Part shown: positions 1-12,714 of the stretch, one piece after another
How positions within the stretch are numbered: the first letter of the stretch is position 1
How the letters are laid out: every line of letters begins with the position of its first letter
Assembly (NCBI RefSeq): GCF_006345805.1
Contig: NC_042999.1
Location: 6,138,001 to 6,202,000, forward strand
Length of the DNA: 64,000 bases
Source: Octopus sinensis
Lineage: Eukaryota
Direction of reading: 5' to 3'
The notes under the pieces: model-generated
What the model was told of the DNA's origin: nothing
The model's database searches: none
The model's input: the letters and a program-made list of their open reading frames with translations, nothing else
Made by a program: the position numbers and the translations under genes

Positions 1-60
1 ATCAGAACAAAGAAGAAAAAGAAAGATTGTTAAGCTGCATGGATGGTATGACTAATAAAA

Positions 61-296
61 GGCAGCGAGCTGGCAGAATCGTTAGCATGTCAGGCGAAAT
101 GCTTAGCGGTATTTCGGCTGCCGTTACGTTGTGAGTTCAAATTCCGCCGAGGTCGACTTTGCCTTTCATCCTTTCAGGGTCGATAAATTAAGTACCAGTG
201 AAGCACTGGGGTCGATATAATCGACTTAATACCTATGTCTGTCCATGTTTGTCCCCTCTATGTTTAGCCCCTTGTGGGTAATAAAGAAATAGGTAT
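61..296 (+). mobile_element. Family A tRNA-derived SINE (others: ~4100-4200+, 17167-17399-, 22022-22762- split, 32905-33020-, 42150-42375-, 49600-49700-, 54275-54450+, 58620-58740-)
   Basis: A-box/B-box (GAGTTCAAATTCC) head, GCCTTTCATCCTT..AAGTACCAG body, AAAGAAATAGGTAT tail, 14-bp TSD. Confidence 0.9.
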
Positions 297-477
297 GTCT
301 AATAATGATGAAGTTGGACAATGAAGGAAAAAGATAAAACGAATAATGGCTACACTGACATTGTAGTTTGAGAGATTATTGAGAATATGGTGGACAGAAA
401 GGCAAAATAGATCGATATTGCGACAGGTGATACACAGGAAAAAATTGATTGTAAAACAAAGAATCAAATTCTTTGGT

Positions 478-857
478 CACGTTGGAAGCACTCCGTCGGT
501 TACGACGACGAGGGTTCCGGTTGATCCGATCAACGGAACAGCCTGCTCGTGAAATTAACGTGTAAGTGGCTGAGCACTCCACAGACACGTGTACCCTTAA
601 CGCAGTTCTCGGGTATATTCAGCATGACACAGAGAGTGACAAGGCCGGCCCTTTGAAATACAGGTACAACAGAAACAGGAAGTAAGAGCGAAAGAAAGTT
701 GTGGTGAAAGAGTACAGCAGGGATCACCACCATCCCTGCCGGAGCCTCGTGGAGCTTTTTAGGTGTTTTCGCTCAATAAACACTCACAACGCCCGGTCTG
801 GGAATCGAAACCGCGATCCTACGACCGCTGATCTAACCACTGGGCCATTGCGCCTCC
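478..857 (-). mobile_element. Family H tRNA-derived SINE (others: 2425-2748+, 27314-27455+ head)
   Basis: Head TGGCCCAGTGG..GGTTTCGATTCC; shared body GTGGAGTGCTCAGCCACTT..GAGCAGGCTGTTCC. Confidence 0.8.
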
Positions 858-1106
858 ATTGGTCACGTTATAGCAAAATAGATGACATTGAAGCTGATTA
901 TATTGGTAAAGAGTGACAGAGGAAGTACAGCGGAACTGGAAGCGAGTGAAATATGATGCTGAATTTCAGCTTCTGGGAGTTATGAGGACGATGCAGGCTC
1001 AGAAATAATCTGTCCATAGCAACATCCACAGATGAATTTGATACGTAAACATGGTTTGTAAATCTCTCCAGTCAGAGTTGAATAAAATGTATTGTTATAC
1101 TCTATA

Positions 1107-1510
1107 GGCGTAGTAGTGGCTGTGTGGTAAGTAGCTTGCTTATGAACCACATGGTTCCAGGTTCAGTCCCACTGCGTGGCACCTTGGGCAAGTGTCTTCT
1201 ACTATAGCCTCAGGCCAACCAAAGCCTTGTGAGTGGATTTGGTAGACAGAAACTGAAAGAAGCTTGTCGTATATATGTGTGTGTGTATATATATATATGT
1301 GTGTGTGTGTGCACATATATTTGTCACCCCAACATCACTTGACAACTGATGCTGGTATGTTTACGTCCCCCGTAACTTAGCGGTTCAGCAAAAAGAGCCC
1401 GAAGGAATAATTACTAGGCTTACAAAGAATAAGTCCTGGGGTCAATTTGCTCGATTAAAGGCAGTGCTTCAGCATGGCCACAGTCAAATGACTGAAACAA
1501 GTAAAAGAGT
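1107..1510 (+). mobile_element. Family B tRNA-derived CORE-like SINE (other + copies: 14157-14555, 16499-16893, 25640-25860, 28958-29388, 31706-32105, 40845-41255, 48470-48630)
   Basis: A-box TGGCTGTGTGG, B-box GGTTCAGTCCC, MIR-core-like ACCTTGGGCAAGT, internal (TA)n(TG)n, (GTAAAAGA)n tail. Confidence 0.9.
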
Positions 1511-1545
1511 ACAGACGAATATTTCGATTCCAGGCAATGACCAGA

Positions 1546-1960
<415 letters not shown>

Positions 1961-3526
1961 TAAAACTTACTTGGGAATGGATGCATGGTGTTTAATATGG
2001 CTTAACATCCCTTCCTGTTTGTTTTCACTGTTCTGTGTTTGTTACCAGCTTTGACCCTCCACAAATCCCAAATTTTATTTAATTTGCTTTGCAGGGGCAA
2101 CTGTTTTGACGAAGACACATCTTGTCCTAATGCTCGAAATACAGAGTAGATAAAACAGTGGACAACTGATGAAGAGATTGTCTTTTATGTTGCTCGTCTT
2201 GTTTTTCTATCTGTTTCTTTCGTTGTTCGCAAAAAAAGTTCGTTTTCCATGTTTTTGTAATTCATGTTCTTAATTTACATGTTTACATTTTTTGACGTCC
2301 TGTACCCACATATACATGTGTATATACATATATATGTATGTACATGTATGTATGTATTTATGTTTATATATATAATTTACATAATATATCTATACATATG
2401 TATACATACATTCATATATATATAGTGAAGCCATATGGCCTAGTGGTTCAGGTATTCGGCTCACAATCACAAGGTTGTGAGTTCAATTCCCAGTGATGCA
2501 TTGTGTCCTTGAGCAAGACACTTTATTTCACATTACTCCAGTCTACTCAGCTGGCAAAAATGAGTTGTACCTGTATTTCGAAGGGGCCAGCCTTGTCACA
2601 CTCTGTGTCACGCTGAATCTCCCTGAAAACTACATAAAGGGTACATGTGTCTGTGGAGTGCTCAGCCACTTGCACATTAATTTCATGAGCAGGCTGTTCC
2701 ATAGATTATATCAGCTGGGACCCTTCTCTTCATAACCGATGGAGTGATCTTTTTTAAATATATATATATATAAAAATATATATGTGTGTATGTGTGTGTG
2801 TGTGTGTGTGTGTATGCATGTGTGTGTATAAATATATATACATATATATATATATGCACACACACATCACATATGATATATATATATGTCTGTACAAGTG
2901 TTTATTTTTGTATATATGATTGAATGTTTTTATGTTTATATAAGAGTGTGAGTGTGTGTGTGTACATGTCTGGGTGTAATTATTATCATTTTGTTTGTTT
3001 CATCTTTTTTCCTTATCTTCCAATTATTATTACTTATATAGCCAATCCCCTGTAGGGATTATAGAGCCAAACCTGTTGACTTCTAACAACAATTCCATAA
3101 CACTATCAGATGAGTGGCATTACTCGTGTGTTATCAATTTGCTGCATTGCTTTATTTTAGATTTGATAATTGATGCTTTGTTATGATACCACTGTTGAAA
3201 ATTAATGAGAGTGATAATGATGATTATATCACTCTAATTACTAATTACTATCACACTAAGATCAGCATTATTGTGAGCTATTACAACTCCAGACATCTTT
3301 GCTGCATCACAGCAGATCGATAACATTGATTTAGTTCGCTAATATGACTTCACATTAGTGGAGACTAAATGCCAATAGCTCTCACTTTTATTCCACTTAA
3401 CACAACCTTCACCAACTTTGTTTGCATAAGCTTAGATCTTCCCAGTTCTAAGATGCACCAAACTGAGCTTTACCGTTACCTCCAACCATACTTCAATAAA
3501 CGCTTGATCAGTTTAATTTTTACTAT

Positions 3527-4078
3527 ACTCTTTTACTCTTTTACTTGTTTCAGTCATTTGACTGCGGCCATGCTGGAGCACCGCCTTTAATCGAGCAAAT
3601 CGACCCCGGGACTTATTCTTTTGTAAGCCCAGTACTTATTCTATCGGTCTCTTTTGCCGAACCGCTAAGTAACAGGGACATAAACACACCAGCATCAGTT
3701 GTCAAGCAATGCTAGGGGGACAAACACAGACACACAAACACACACACGCATATATATATACACATATATACGATGGGCTTCTTTCAGTTTCCGTCTACCA
3801 AATCCACTCACAAGGCATTGGTCGGCCCGGGGCTATAGCAGAAGACACTTGCCCAAGGTGCCACGCAGTGGGACTGAACCCGGAACCATGTGGGTGGCAA
3901 GCAAGCTACTTACCACACAGCCACTCAAAGCCTATACATACATATATATACTTTATTCACTCACAAGGCTTTGGTCGGCCCGAGGCTATAGCAGAAGACA
4001 CTTGCCCAAGGTGCCACGCAGTGGGACTGAACCCGGAACCATGTGGTTGGTAAGCAAGCTACTTACCACACAGCCACA
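3527..4078 (-). mobile_element. Family B SINE with duplicated head (other - copies: 15745-16158, 24875-25003, 41560-41690, 43680-44020, 44030-44420, 52705-53120, 60405-60808)
   Basis: Reverse complement of the same consensus; these copies generate many spurious ORFs in the track. Confidence 0.9.
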
Positions 4079-4289
4079 TTCCATTAATAAGATTTAAACA
4101 GTAATGTTTAGCGGCATTTCTTCCAGCTCTTAGCATTCTAAGTTCAAATTCCACCATGCTCGACTTTGCCTTTCATCCTTTTGGTGTCAATAAGTACCAG
4201 CAACCATTAAACCCCTTTCACCTCATTTCAGGCCTTGTGCCAATAATGGAAAAAAAAAGTTCTATTTGTTAGATTATATATCCGTCCTC

Positions 4290-4670
4290 CCCCCATGTTT
4301 GTCTTGACCCAAGAGTCTCCAAGGCCAAGTGGTTTCAGTCCTTTGTTGGTTTCTCAGAAGACTCCATCTTATCTGACTCTGTTCCGAGTGAGAATGTCAA
4401 AGTCATCAGCAGTTTCACTTGTCCCGGCAATGAGATTCATGGAGTGTTAGCTGTGAGTCTGAGATCCTGGAAACACTTGGATGAGTTGATGTGGTTGTGG
4501 ATTTGTTGGACAAAAGGGTTTGGCACTACCAATATCTGTTATAAGAAGACAAAGGTTGGAGTCTTTAGGTTTCTGGTTGTCCCTGTCTTTCTCCGTAGTT
4601 GTGAGACTTGGACTGTGTCTGGGGCCCTTAAGAGTCACCTGAATTCCTTTGGTGCCTGGCTGCATCACAG
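4290..4670 (+). mobile_element. Decayed RTE-clade ORF fragment
   Basis: KTKVGVFRFLVVPVFLRSCETWT resembles RTE C-terminal TKVRIF..LVLPVLLYGCETWT. Confidence 0.6.
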
Positions 4671-5667
4671 ATTAACATTTCCAGTTAATTTCTAACCCTT
4701 TGCCCAGTTTTTCTCACAGACAATTTCACTTTCACATTCTTTATTCATTGTCAATACTATTCCTGTATTCCCATTCAAGAATAAGTATGTAGGGGGAGAT
4801 GGAGGAAGGCACAGACAGACAGACAGACGGATGGATGGATCTGTCAGCGTGTGTGTCAGATTCTGCTAGAGATGTCTCATGAGACTGCAACAAGTCCATT
4901 ATTTTCACCAGATGCCTTAAAAGATCCTTTCCAATCTACATTGTTCGTTATTGTCCAAATATTCCAAATAATATTTCAGTCTTTATTATTCTCAGACCAG
5001 CACCAGACCAACACACCTAAATCACTTTCTTTTTCTGCTACTTTGCATCCTCATTTTACGGTCAAATGTTTTCTCCATTGCTTAGGCTAAAACAGAAAGA
5101 ATCTACTTTTTGCTATTTCTTCATTTGTACATATTAAGCTTTCGATACGTCTCAAAATATCTCATTTCTCAGAATATCATGCTTTAGATTTACTTGAATT
5201 TTTCCTTAGATTCAGTTCTAAAAACCCATCATTTTTGTTTTATAAAGCTCCAAGATATTTAAGCATACCCATGCTGGCATCATGTCAAAAAGGCCCAAGT
5301 CTGTGCCACATAAAAACACCCATGTCAATACCACATGGAAAGCAGCCATTCCTTGCCACTTGTGTAGTGCCACTGTCACTATCACACACAAAGCACCCAT
5401 ATCTGTGCCAAGTAAAAAGCACCCTGTACACTCTGTAAAGTGGATGGTGTTAGAAAGGGCATCCATCTGTAGAGACTAAGCCAGAACGGACAAATGGAGC
5501 CTGGTGCAGCGTTCCAGCTTACCAGCTCCTGTCAAATTGTCCAACCCATGCCAGCATCAAAAACGGATGTTGGATGATGATGATGATGGTCTTGATCCAT
5601 TGCACATTTGTCAATTCAGTGGTCCTTCTCATGCATCCATTTGCTCACAGAAATATAGCCATGCAAA

Positions 5668-6072
5668 TACCTATTTCTTTACTACCCACAAGGGGCTAAA
5701 CACAGAGAGGACAAACAAGGACAGACAAAGGGATTAAGTTGATTACATTGACCCCAGTGCATAACTGGTACTTAATTTATCAACCCCGAGAGGATGAAAG
5801 GCAAAGTTAACCTGGGCGGAATTTGAACTCAGAACGTAGCGACAGATGAAATACCTATTTCTTTACTACCCACAAGGGGCTAAACACAGAGGGAACAAAC
5901 AAGGACAGACAAACGGATTAAGTGGATTACATCGACCCCAGTGCATAACTGGTACTTAATTTATCGACCCCGAAAGGATGAAAAGCAAAGTCGACCTCGG
6001 CGGAATTTGAACTCAGAACATAACGGCAGACGAAATACTGCTAAGCATTTCGCCCGGCATGCTCGCTGCCTT
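5668..6072 (-). mobile_element. Family A SINE, dimeric
   Basis: Body and tail repeated; ~17-bp TSD ATATA(G/T)CCATGCAAATA. Confidence 0.85.
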
Positions 6073-7940
6073 TACTATATATCCATGCAAATATATTCTT
6101 CCTGTTGTTAAAAATCTTGATACTCAGCATGGCTGACTAACATTCACTGACATTGCTGTTTAGAGGTCCTCATTTTAAAAAACATTAGGTTTTTGGGGGG
6201 ACCTTTTTTCCATTAAAAAGATTATTTTTTCCCCGTCAGAATGATTGTCTGTCATGAAAATATGTGTAATCAATTTTCTTTCACCGATTGTTTCCAAAAG
6301 AAATCATTAATGAATCATTTTTTTAAATTGCTATCCTCATTGCTAATAGGTCAATGGTTGTTAACCTTTGCACAGACCACAGTTGAAGTAACCAAAGCCA
6401 CAAACCAAGTGTTGAATGTCTTTTAGTTCAACCTTTATCTCATCCCCACAACCCCTTCTCCAATAAAATCCTTACATCGCCACACACAGCCCTTAGCAGA
6501 AAATGTGACCCTTTATTTAGCCAGCAAGATAGATAAACAAGTGACCGTTACAATCCTACATTTTTTCAGATGGCTCACACAACCAAAAACAATAGCTCTA
6601 ATAATAACACTGACCAGGACAACTGAAATGAGTTTGACCCCCACCTTATCCAGCTTGGTGATCAGCCATTATTGGAATGTTTGTAAGATGGCGATCAGGA
6701 AAATATTAAATTGTTTTGGGGTCAACAGATTCCTTGGCAGGATAATTACTATTTAGGGAGAAACCATCTACTCCCTAAGTTACTCAACCAAGACAGATTA
6801 ATCAATCACAAAATCAATATATAACTCAGGTATTCAACATCATCATCATCATCATCATCGTTTAACGTCCGCTTTCCATGCTAGCATGGGTTGGACGATT
6901 TTAACTGAGGGCTGGCGAACCAGATGGCTGCACCAGGCTCCAATCTCCATCTGGCAGAGTTTCTACAGCTGGATGCCCTTCCTAACGCCAACCACTCCGG
7001 GAGTGTTGTGGGTGCTTTTTACATGTCACCAGCACGGGGTCGGTCAGGCAGTACTGGCAATGACCTTGCTCAAATCTTTTTACACATGCCACCGGCATCA
7101 TTTTACACATGCGACCGGCATCAACATCCAACGAAATAAAGTTGTTGTCTTTGAACAGGATTACTTAACACATTCACCACCAGATGTACCAGCAGTGGGT
7201 CATCGCAAACTTCACACATCTGCCAGATGCACCACAGGTGGTACTTTTTCATTATTTGGAGAAATTTTTTATTCTACATCTTTACCATGGTTTCAAGGAT
7301 ATTTAAATAACATGAGAGCTAAATGTCAAAGTTTAATTATGAAATATTGCAAAAATGCAAAACCAATTACATTTCCTTGTAATTAAACAGAACGCAGTGT
7401 GATTGGGGAAAATGTGCAATCACCAGTAAATTCCAATTCATCATCATCATCATCATCATCATCATAATCATCGTTTAACATCCATTTTCCGTGCTTGCAC
7501 GGGTTGGACGGTTCAACCAGGATCTGGGAAGCCAGGAGACTGCACCAGGCTCCAATCTGATCTGGTATGGTTTCCACAGCTAGATTCCCTTCCTAACGCC
7601 AACCACTCCAAGAGTGTAGCAAGTGCTTTTTACGTGCCACCAGCACAGGTGCCAGGGGAGGCTGGCAAACGGCCACGATCGGTTGATGCTTTTAACATGT
7701 CACATGCTTTTAACGTGTCACCGACACGGAAGCCAGTCAGGCGGTGCTGGCAACTGCCACGTTCGGATGGTGCTTTTAACGTGTCACCGGCACGGGTATC
7801 TTAAGTACAATTTCCATTTGATTTTCATTTTGTTTAATTATGAAATATTGTAAAAATGCCAAACCAATCACATTTCCTTGTAATTAAACAGAAAGCAGTG
7901 TGACTGGAAATATGTGGGTCACCAATAAGTTCCAATTGCG

Positions 7941-8534
7941 GTGGTTAATGCGTTAAGAGGGGAAGTAGCAGGAATAAAAGCAACCATTCAGGTTGGACTC
8001 CACAATGAGGGGTCTTATCGGAATGCTCTGCTAAAGAACCTCCCTGTACCTGTACCTCTTGTCGCATCTAAGACCGCGGATTCTGCCACCCATGAAGTCA
8101 TTGCCATTGGGGTGCCAGAAGACATGGCTGATCTTCAGGCATTTGCTGCCAACTCAGCCAAAGACCTAGGCTGCGTTCCCCCAACGGGTGCTATCCGCCT
8201 TGGACGACCTGGCCCAAAACCTAGGCTCATCAAACTGTCTTTTTCGGACCACACTGAGGCAACCTCTTACCATCTGGCCTCAGTTAAAGCTGGGCGGGAA
8301 AATCGGACCACCTTCCGAACACGCCCAGGCTTACCGTCCAATGTACGTCCGAAGATACGTGTAGCGGCTTCCCTGAATAGGAACTCAGCTCTACAGGAAA
8401 GCTTCAGTCTTCGGGAAGATGGACAAATCTGGAGATTTGTCAAGACTGATGAAACGTGGAAGAGAGATACCAGCTGGTCTGAGTGCTCTCTACCCACAAT
8501 AACTAAAAAGACTACAGCAACTCAGGGAAACTAA
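7941..8534 (+). pseudogene. CR1 ORF1 (partial nucleic-acid-binding protein)
   Basis: 197 open codons with VIAIGVPE..RLGRPGPKPRLIKLSF, typical of CR1/L2 ORF1 RRM-like region; N-terminus likely missing. Confidence 0.7.
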
Positions 8535-11355
8535 GCCAGGACAACCTGCCATCCTCTACACACCATCATAAACTGCGAGCAGGGTACAAATTGTTGTCCT
8601 TAAATGCTCGCAGTTTATGCAACAAAATACATTTGTTCAACACCTACGTCAGAAGTATTGACCCTGACTTCATCACTGTCACGGAAACATGAGCGCATTC
8701 CTTACTCTGTGATGGGGTTTTCAACATCACGGGGTACAACCTCTTCCGTAAGGACCGCACTAACCGCCGTGGTGGTGGTGTGATGGTCTACGTTCGTTCA
8801 AATTTTTTGGTAATTCCTTGTGCCGATTTGAACGAATCACAAGAAGAAGTTTTTTTCTGTGACGTACATATGACCATGTCAACACTCCTGCTTGGCGTTG
8901 TTTATCGTCCCCCAAATTACCATCAGGATACACAGCTTTGCAACATCCTCCGAGCTGCTGCCAGGAAAACAGCCACTTATGTGTTTATTGCAGACGATTT
9001 CAATCATCCTGAGATCGATTGGTAAACCTTCCATTGGCCACAGAGTGCAAACGATTTTGTTGAGCTTGTGCTGGACTCAAACTGGTCACAAGTAGTCACC
9101 TCTCCAACAAGAGGCGACAACACCTTGGACCTGCTCTTCACCACAACTCCTGAAGCGGTTATCAATTGCACTACGGAGGAACCTCTAGGTGACTCTGATC
9201 ATGCTATGATCATCGCCAATCTGGCTCTTGCGGGCAACAAACACCTGAACCATCTCCAATCTGCTTCCTTCGATTGGAAGAGAGCAGATTGGAACCTGTA
9301 CCACACTGAACTACAGCACCCAAACTGGCGTGAATTCTACAACTCTGGAGATGTGAATACTATACTCCAGAGTATCCTGGACTCAATATGGGCAGCATGT
9401 GCAGCATCAGTGCCACGTAAACAAAAAAAGAAGAACCACCCCAAAAGGGCAATTTGGGAAACTTCAGCGGTCCGACTTGCCAGGAAGGAACGTCGGACTG
9501 CTGAACAGGAATACAAGTTGCATAAATCAGACACCAACAGGAAAAAGCGGAATAAATCCTCCAACCATCTCAAGCAAGTGACAAAAAATGCAGTGCTTGA
9601 ATTTGAACAGTGCATAGCAGCCAATCCTGACAGCAAGGTTTTCTGGAAATATGTGCATTCAAAGCAGAGACCTCACTCTCCAGTGGGCCCTCTTCGCAAC
9701 CCTCACACAAACCAGATCACTGACGACCCCAAGGAATGCGCAGAACTCATTGCCGAGTGCTATGCAAACATATTCACTGTTGAAAGTCAAAATGTACCAT
9801 CTTCACCATCACTAACAGCAAACTCCATAACAACTATGGAATTTACACCTGCAATGCTGCGACGTCACCTTCAAAATAAGCGCAACTATGCCTCCCCTGG
9901 TCTCGATGGAGTTACATACCTGCTTCTCAAACGTGGCAGGCACTTCCTTTTACACCAGCTTTCTATTTTCTTCCAGTACTGTCTCAACAATGGTGCTACT
10001 CCGGAGCAGTGGAAAACTGCCAGTGTCATTCCTCTGTTCAAAAAGGGCGACCGCACATCACCTGTCAACTATCGCCCAGTCAGTCTCACTAGCTGTATTG
10101 CAAAACTGATGGAATCGTGTGTCAGAGAAACACTCTGGAACTTCTGGAGCTCTCACAGTCTCATCCGACCCTCACAATATGGATTTGTCCCTAACTCCAG
10201 CTGCAGTGACCAGCTTGTCGAGTTCCTTGAGGACATTACTCAGATCACTGACAGTGGCTCATGGGTGGATGTTGTCTACCTTGACTTTGCTAAGGCTTTC
10301 AACTCTGTGCCACACAAAAGGCTTATGGTGAAACTCTCTGCAATGGGTGTGGGGGATGACCTTTTTAACTGGTTGAAATCCTTCATCCTCAGCCGAAAGG
10401 AGGTAGTCACAGTTCTAGGACAGCACTCTACACCATATGAGATGTCATCGGGTGTACCACAGGGATCTGTCCTTGGTCCCCTCCTGTTTGTGGCATACAT
10501 TAATGACATAGATGCCAATTTAAAGAATGCCACAGTATTGAAATATGCAGACGACATCAAGCTGTACCTTGAAATTAAGAGGACTGATCCTGATGTCTAC
10601 AACTCTTTCCTGCAATCAGACCTAGACACAATGCAGCAATGGATCACAGACTGGCAACTGAAACTGGCTGTGGACAAGTGTACCACCATGCATTTTGGGA
10701 GAAAAACCCTGCGTCCACATACTCCCTCCACAACACTGATATCAAGAAATCCTCTTGCGAGCGTGACCTAGGCATCACTGTCAGCAGTGATTTGCGTTGG
10801 ACAAAGCATATCTCTAAAATTGTCAAGAAGGCCGAGGGTGTCTTGGCATCACTCAGCAAGACTTTTGTTAGCCGCTCTCCAGCCATCTATTTAAAACTGT
10901 ATACAGCTATGGTACGACCACACTTGGAATTCGCATCATCAGTTTGGAATCCCTATCTTGCTCAGAACATTGACCTCCTGGAATCTGTCCAGAGACGTGC
11001 AACCAAACGCATACCCTCCATCAGACACCTACCATATTCTGAGCGCCTTGTTTCCCTGGGCATGGATTCACTGAAGCTCCGGGGTCTGGCGACGGACTTG
11101 GTAAACACCCACAAGGTTATCAACCACCTCACCAACAACAACACTGAACACCTTTTTGATCTCCATGTGTCTAACACACGTGGACATGCCTACAAAGTCA
11201 GAAAACAACACAGCTCCCATGACTTTCGGAAACATTTTTTCACGCTCAGAGTTGCTGAAGCGTGGAACAAACTGCCTGCGTCAGTTGTTGACTGCCATGA
11301 CACTGCATCCTTTAAGGCCCTCATGCTTTCCGAAATCCGCCGAAACTACACCTGA
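8507..11355 (+). pseudogene. CR1 ORF2 (APE+RT), disrupted
   Basis: One frame from 8507 with stops at 8690 and 9023, then a 1-nt deletion in the A-run 10702-10706 shifting to the 10639..11355 frame. Confidence 0.9.
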
Positions 11356-11726
11356 TTATATATACACTTTAGATGAGTTGTGGTGCACCTGAGCACTGTA
11401 CACAATTATTATTATTATTATTATTTTTTTAAATGTAGCTCATTGTTTGGTTTTAAATAAAATCCTTCACAGCAAATGACTGAAACATTAATATTTCCCT
11501 TTTTATTTTTTCTGTCTCTTGTAGAGCGAGCCGTCTCACAGAATAAATCACCTTATTTGATAAACCAAATACCAAACTTATTCCATGAAGATATTAAGAA
11601 TGGAACAGCTCAGCCGTTATGCGGATCTTCAAGAAGGAAACGGGCATAAATTAGATAAATTTAGGATTCAATATTTCTACCTGTTAATTAAAGTCTAGAT
11701 TAAATAGATGAGTAAATAATAGGGGG

Positions 11727-12110
11727 CTAATGACGTGTAGGTAAGCACCACTGATAGGAAACGTTGCTCTGTAACCATTCTCTTTTAGTATATTCCAGGT
11801 ATGGCAGTGTGACAGAAAACCAAGTCCAAAATAGTCTTTGGTTCCTGAATAGAATTGCTTTACTTAGTTCTATGATGATCAAGAAATCCATGAACATCAC
11901 AAACTCTCGTTTTCCTTCTCTAATAAAATTGGCGCCAATAGTGAAGAACTGGATTAGATGCCTTTTAGTATTAAGCTGAGTATCTTGCAGTGCTGAGTGG
12001 AATTCTTCTGCCGATAATATTGTCTTCCTAACTCTTCTTTTTATGCCAGTGTAAAATAAAATAAAATCATTATTATTACTTTGTTTTGCTGTTGTTTTTA
12101 GCTTTACCAC
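11727..12110 (-). other. Unassigned 127-aa open frame in unique sequence, possibly an exon
   Basis: Stop-free in AT-rich non-repeat DNA with protein-like composition; no family recognised and no convincing splice sites. Confidence 0.3.
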
Positions 12111-12714
12111 TATTTATGTGTTGATTTAAACTGGAAAAGGAATTGGTGTGTATGTGCCATGTGAAAATAATTGATGCTGGTGCCACATAAAAAGCGTTCT
12201 GTAAAGTGGTTGGCACAAGGAAGGGCATCCAACCGTTGAAACCAAGTCGAAACAGACAATGGAATTTGGTGCAGCCCTTAGTCTTCCCAGTTCCTGTTGA
12301 GCCATCCAACCCATGCCAGAATGGAAAATTAACGTTGAGAGACCACGACGACGACGGCGACAGTGTGTGCGTGTGCGTGTGTGTGTGTGTGTTTATGTGT
12401 GTATATGGTAAACAGAAACGAACATGTTCACTGGATAGCTTCAACTAAATAAACGAATAAACATGTTCACATCACACCTTGAACTGAGATGACGGTCTAT
12501 AAACCTGCTTCCCTCATTAAACACAGTTCTCAGAAATTTATTCCATTTCGTTAAATCAATTCTCCCAATTCACTATTGCAATTTTATTTTTTTAAATAAT
12601 TACAACAATAATTTAGTCTGGTTGTATTAAACAATTGCAACATCAGGAAAGACTTCTGTCCACCACCCCCCACTCCATTTTCTCCCAAATTTGTTTATTT
12701 TTGTAATTTTTTCT

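Larger units (their letters stand above)
7938..11425 (+). mobile_element. CR1-clade LINE, 5'-truncated, nearly intact
   Basis: ORF1 remnant, APE endonuclease (NARS, TET*, DFNHP), RT (QGSVLGP, YADD), CR1-type C-terminus (TRGH..RKHFFTLRVAEAWNKLP), short 3' UTR, (ATT)n tail. Confidence 0.93.

Noticed and set aside
2100-2200. Two hammerhead-like starts (UUGACGAAGAC, CUGAUGAAGAG)
   Set aside because: Stem II and GAAA not correctly placed; at most a dead Penelope-like relic
3699-4097. Recurrent 60-130 aa ORFs (..RRHLPKVPRSGTEPG.., ..FLQLDALPNANHS..)
   Set aside because: Translations of SINE families B and C, repeated across the window
6570-6682. Exon-like segment (ttttcag|ATGGCT..TT|gtaaga)
   Set aside because: Two frames contain stops and the third gives a stop when joined to the 11525 candidate; no homology recognised
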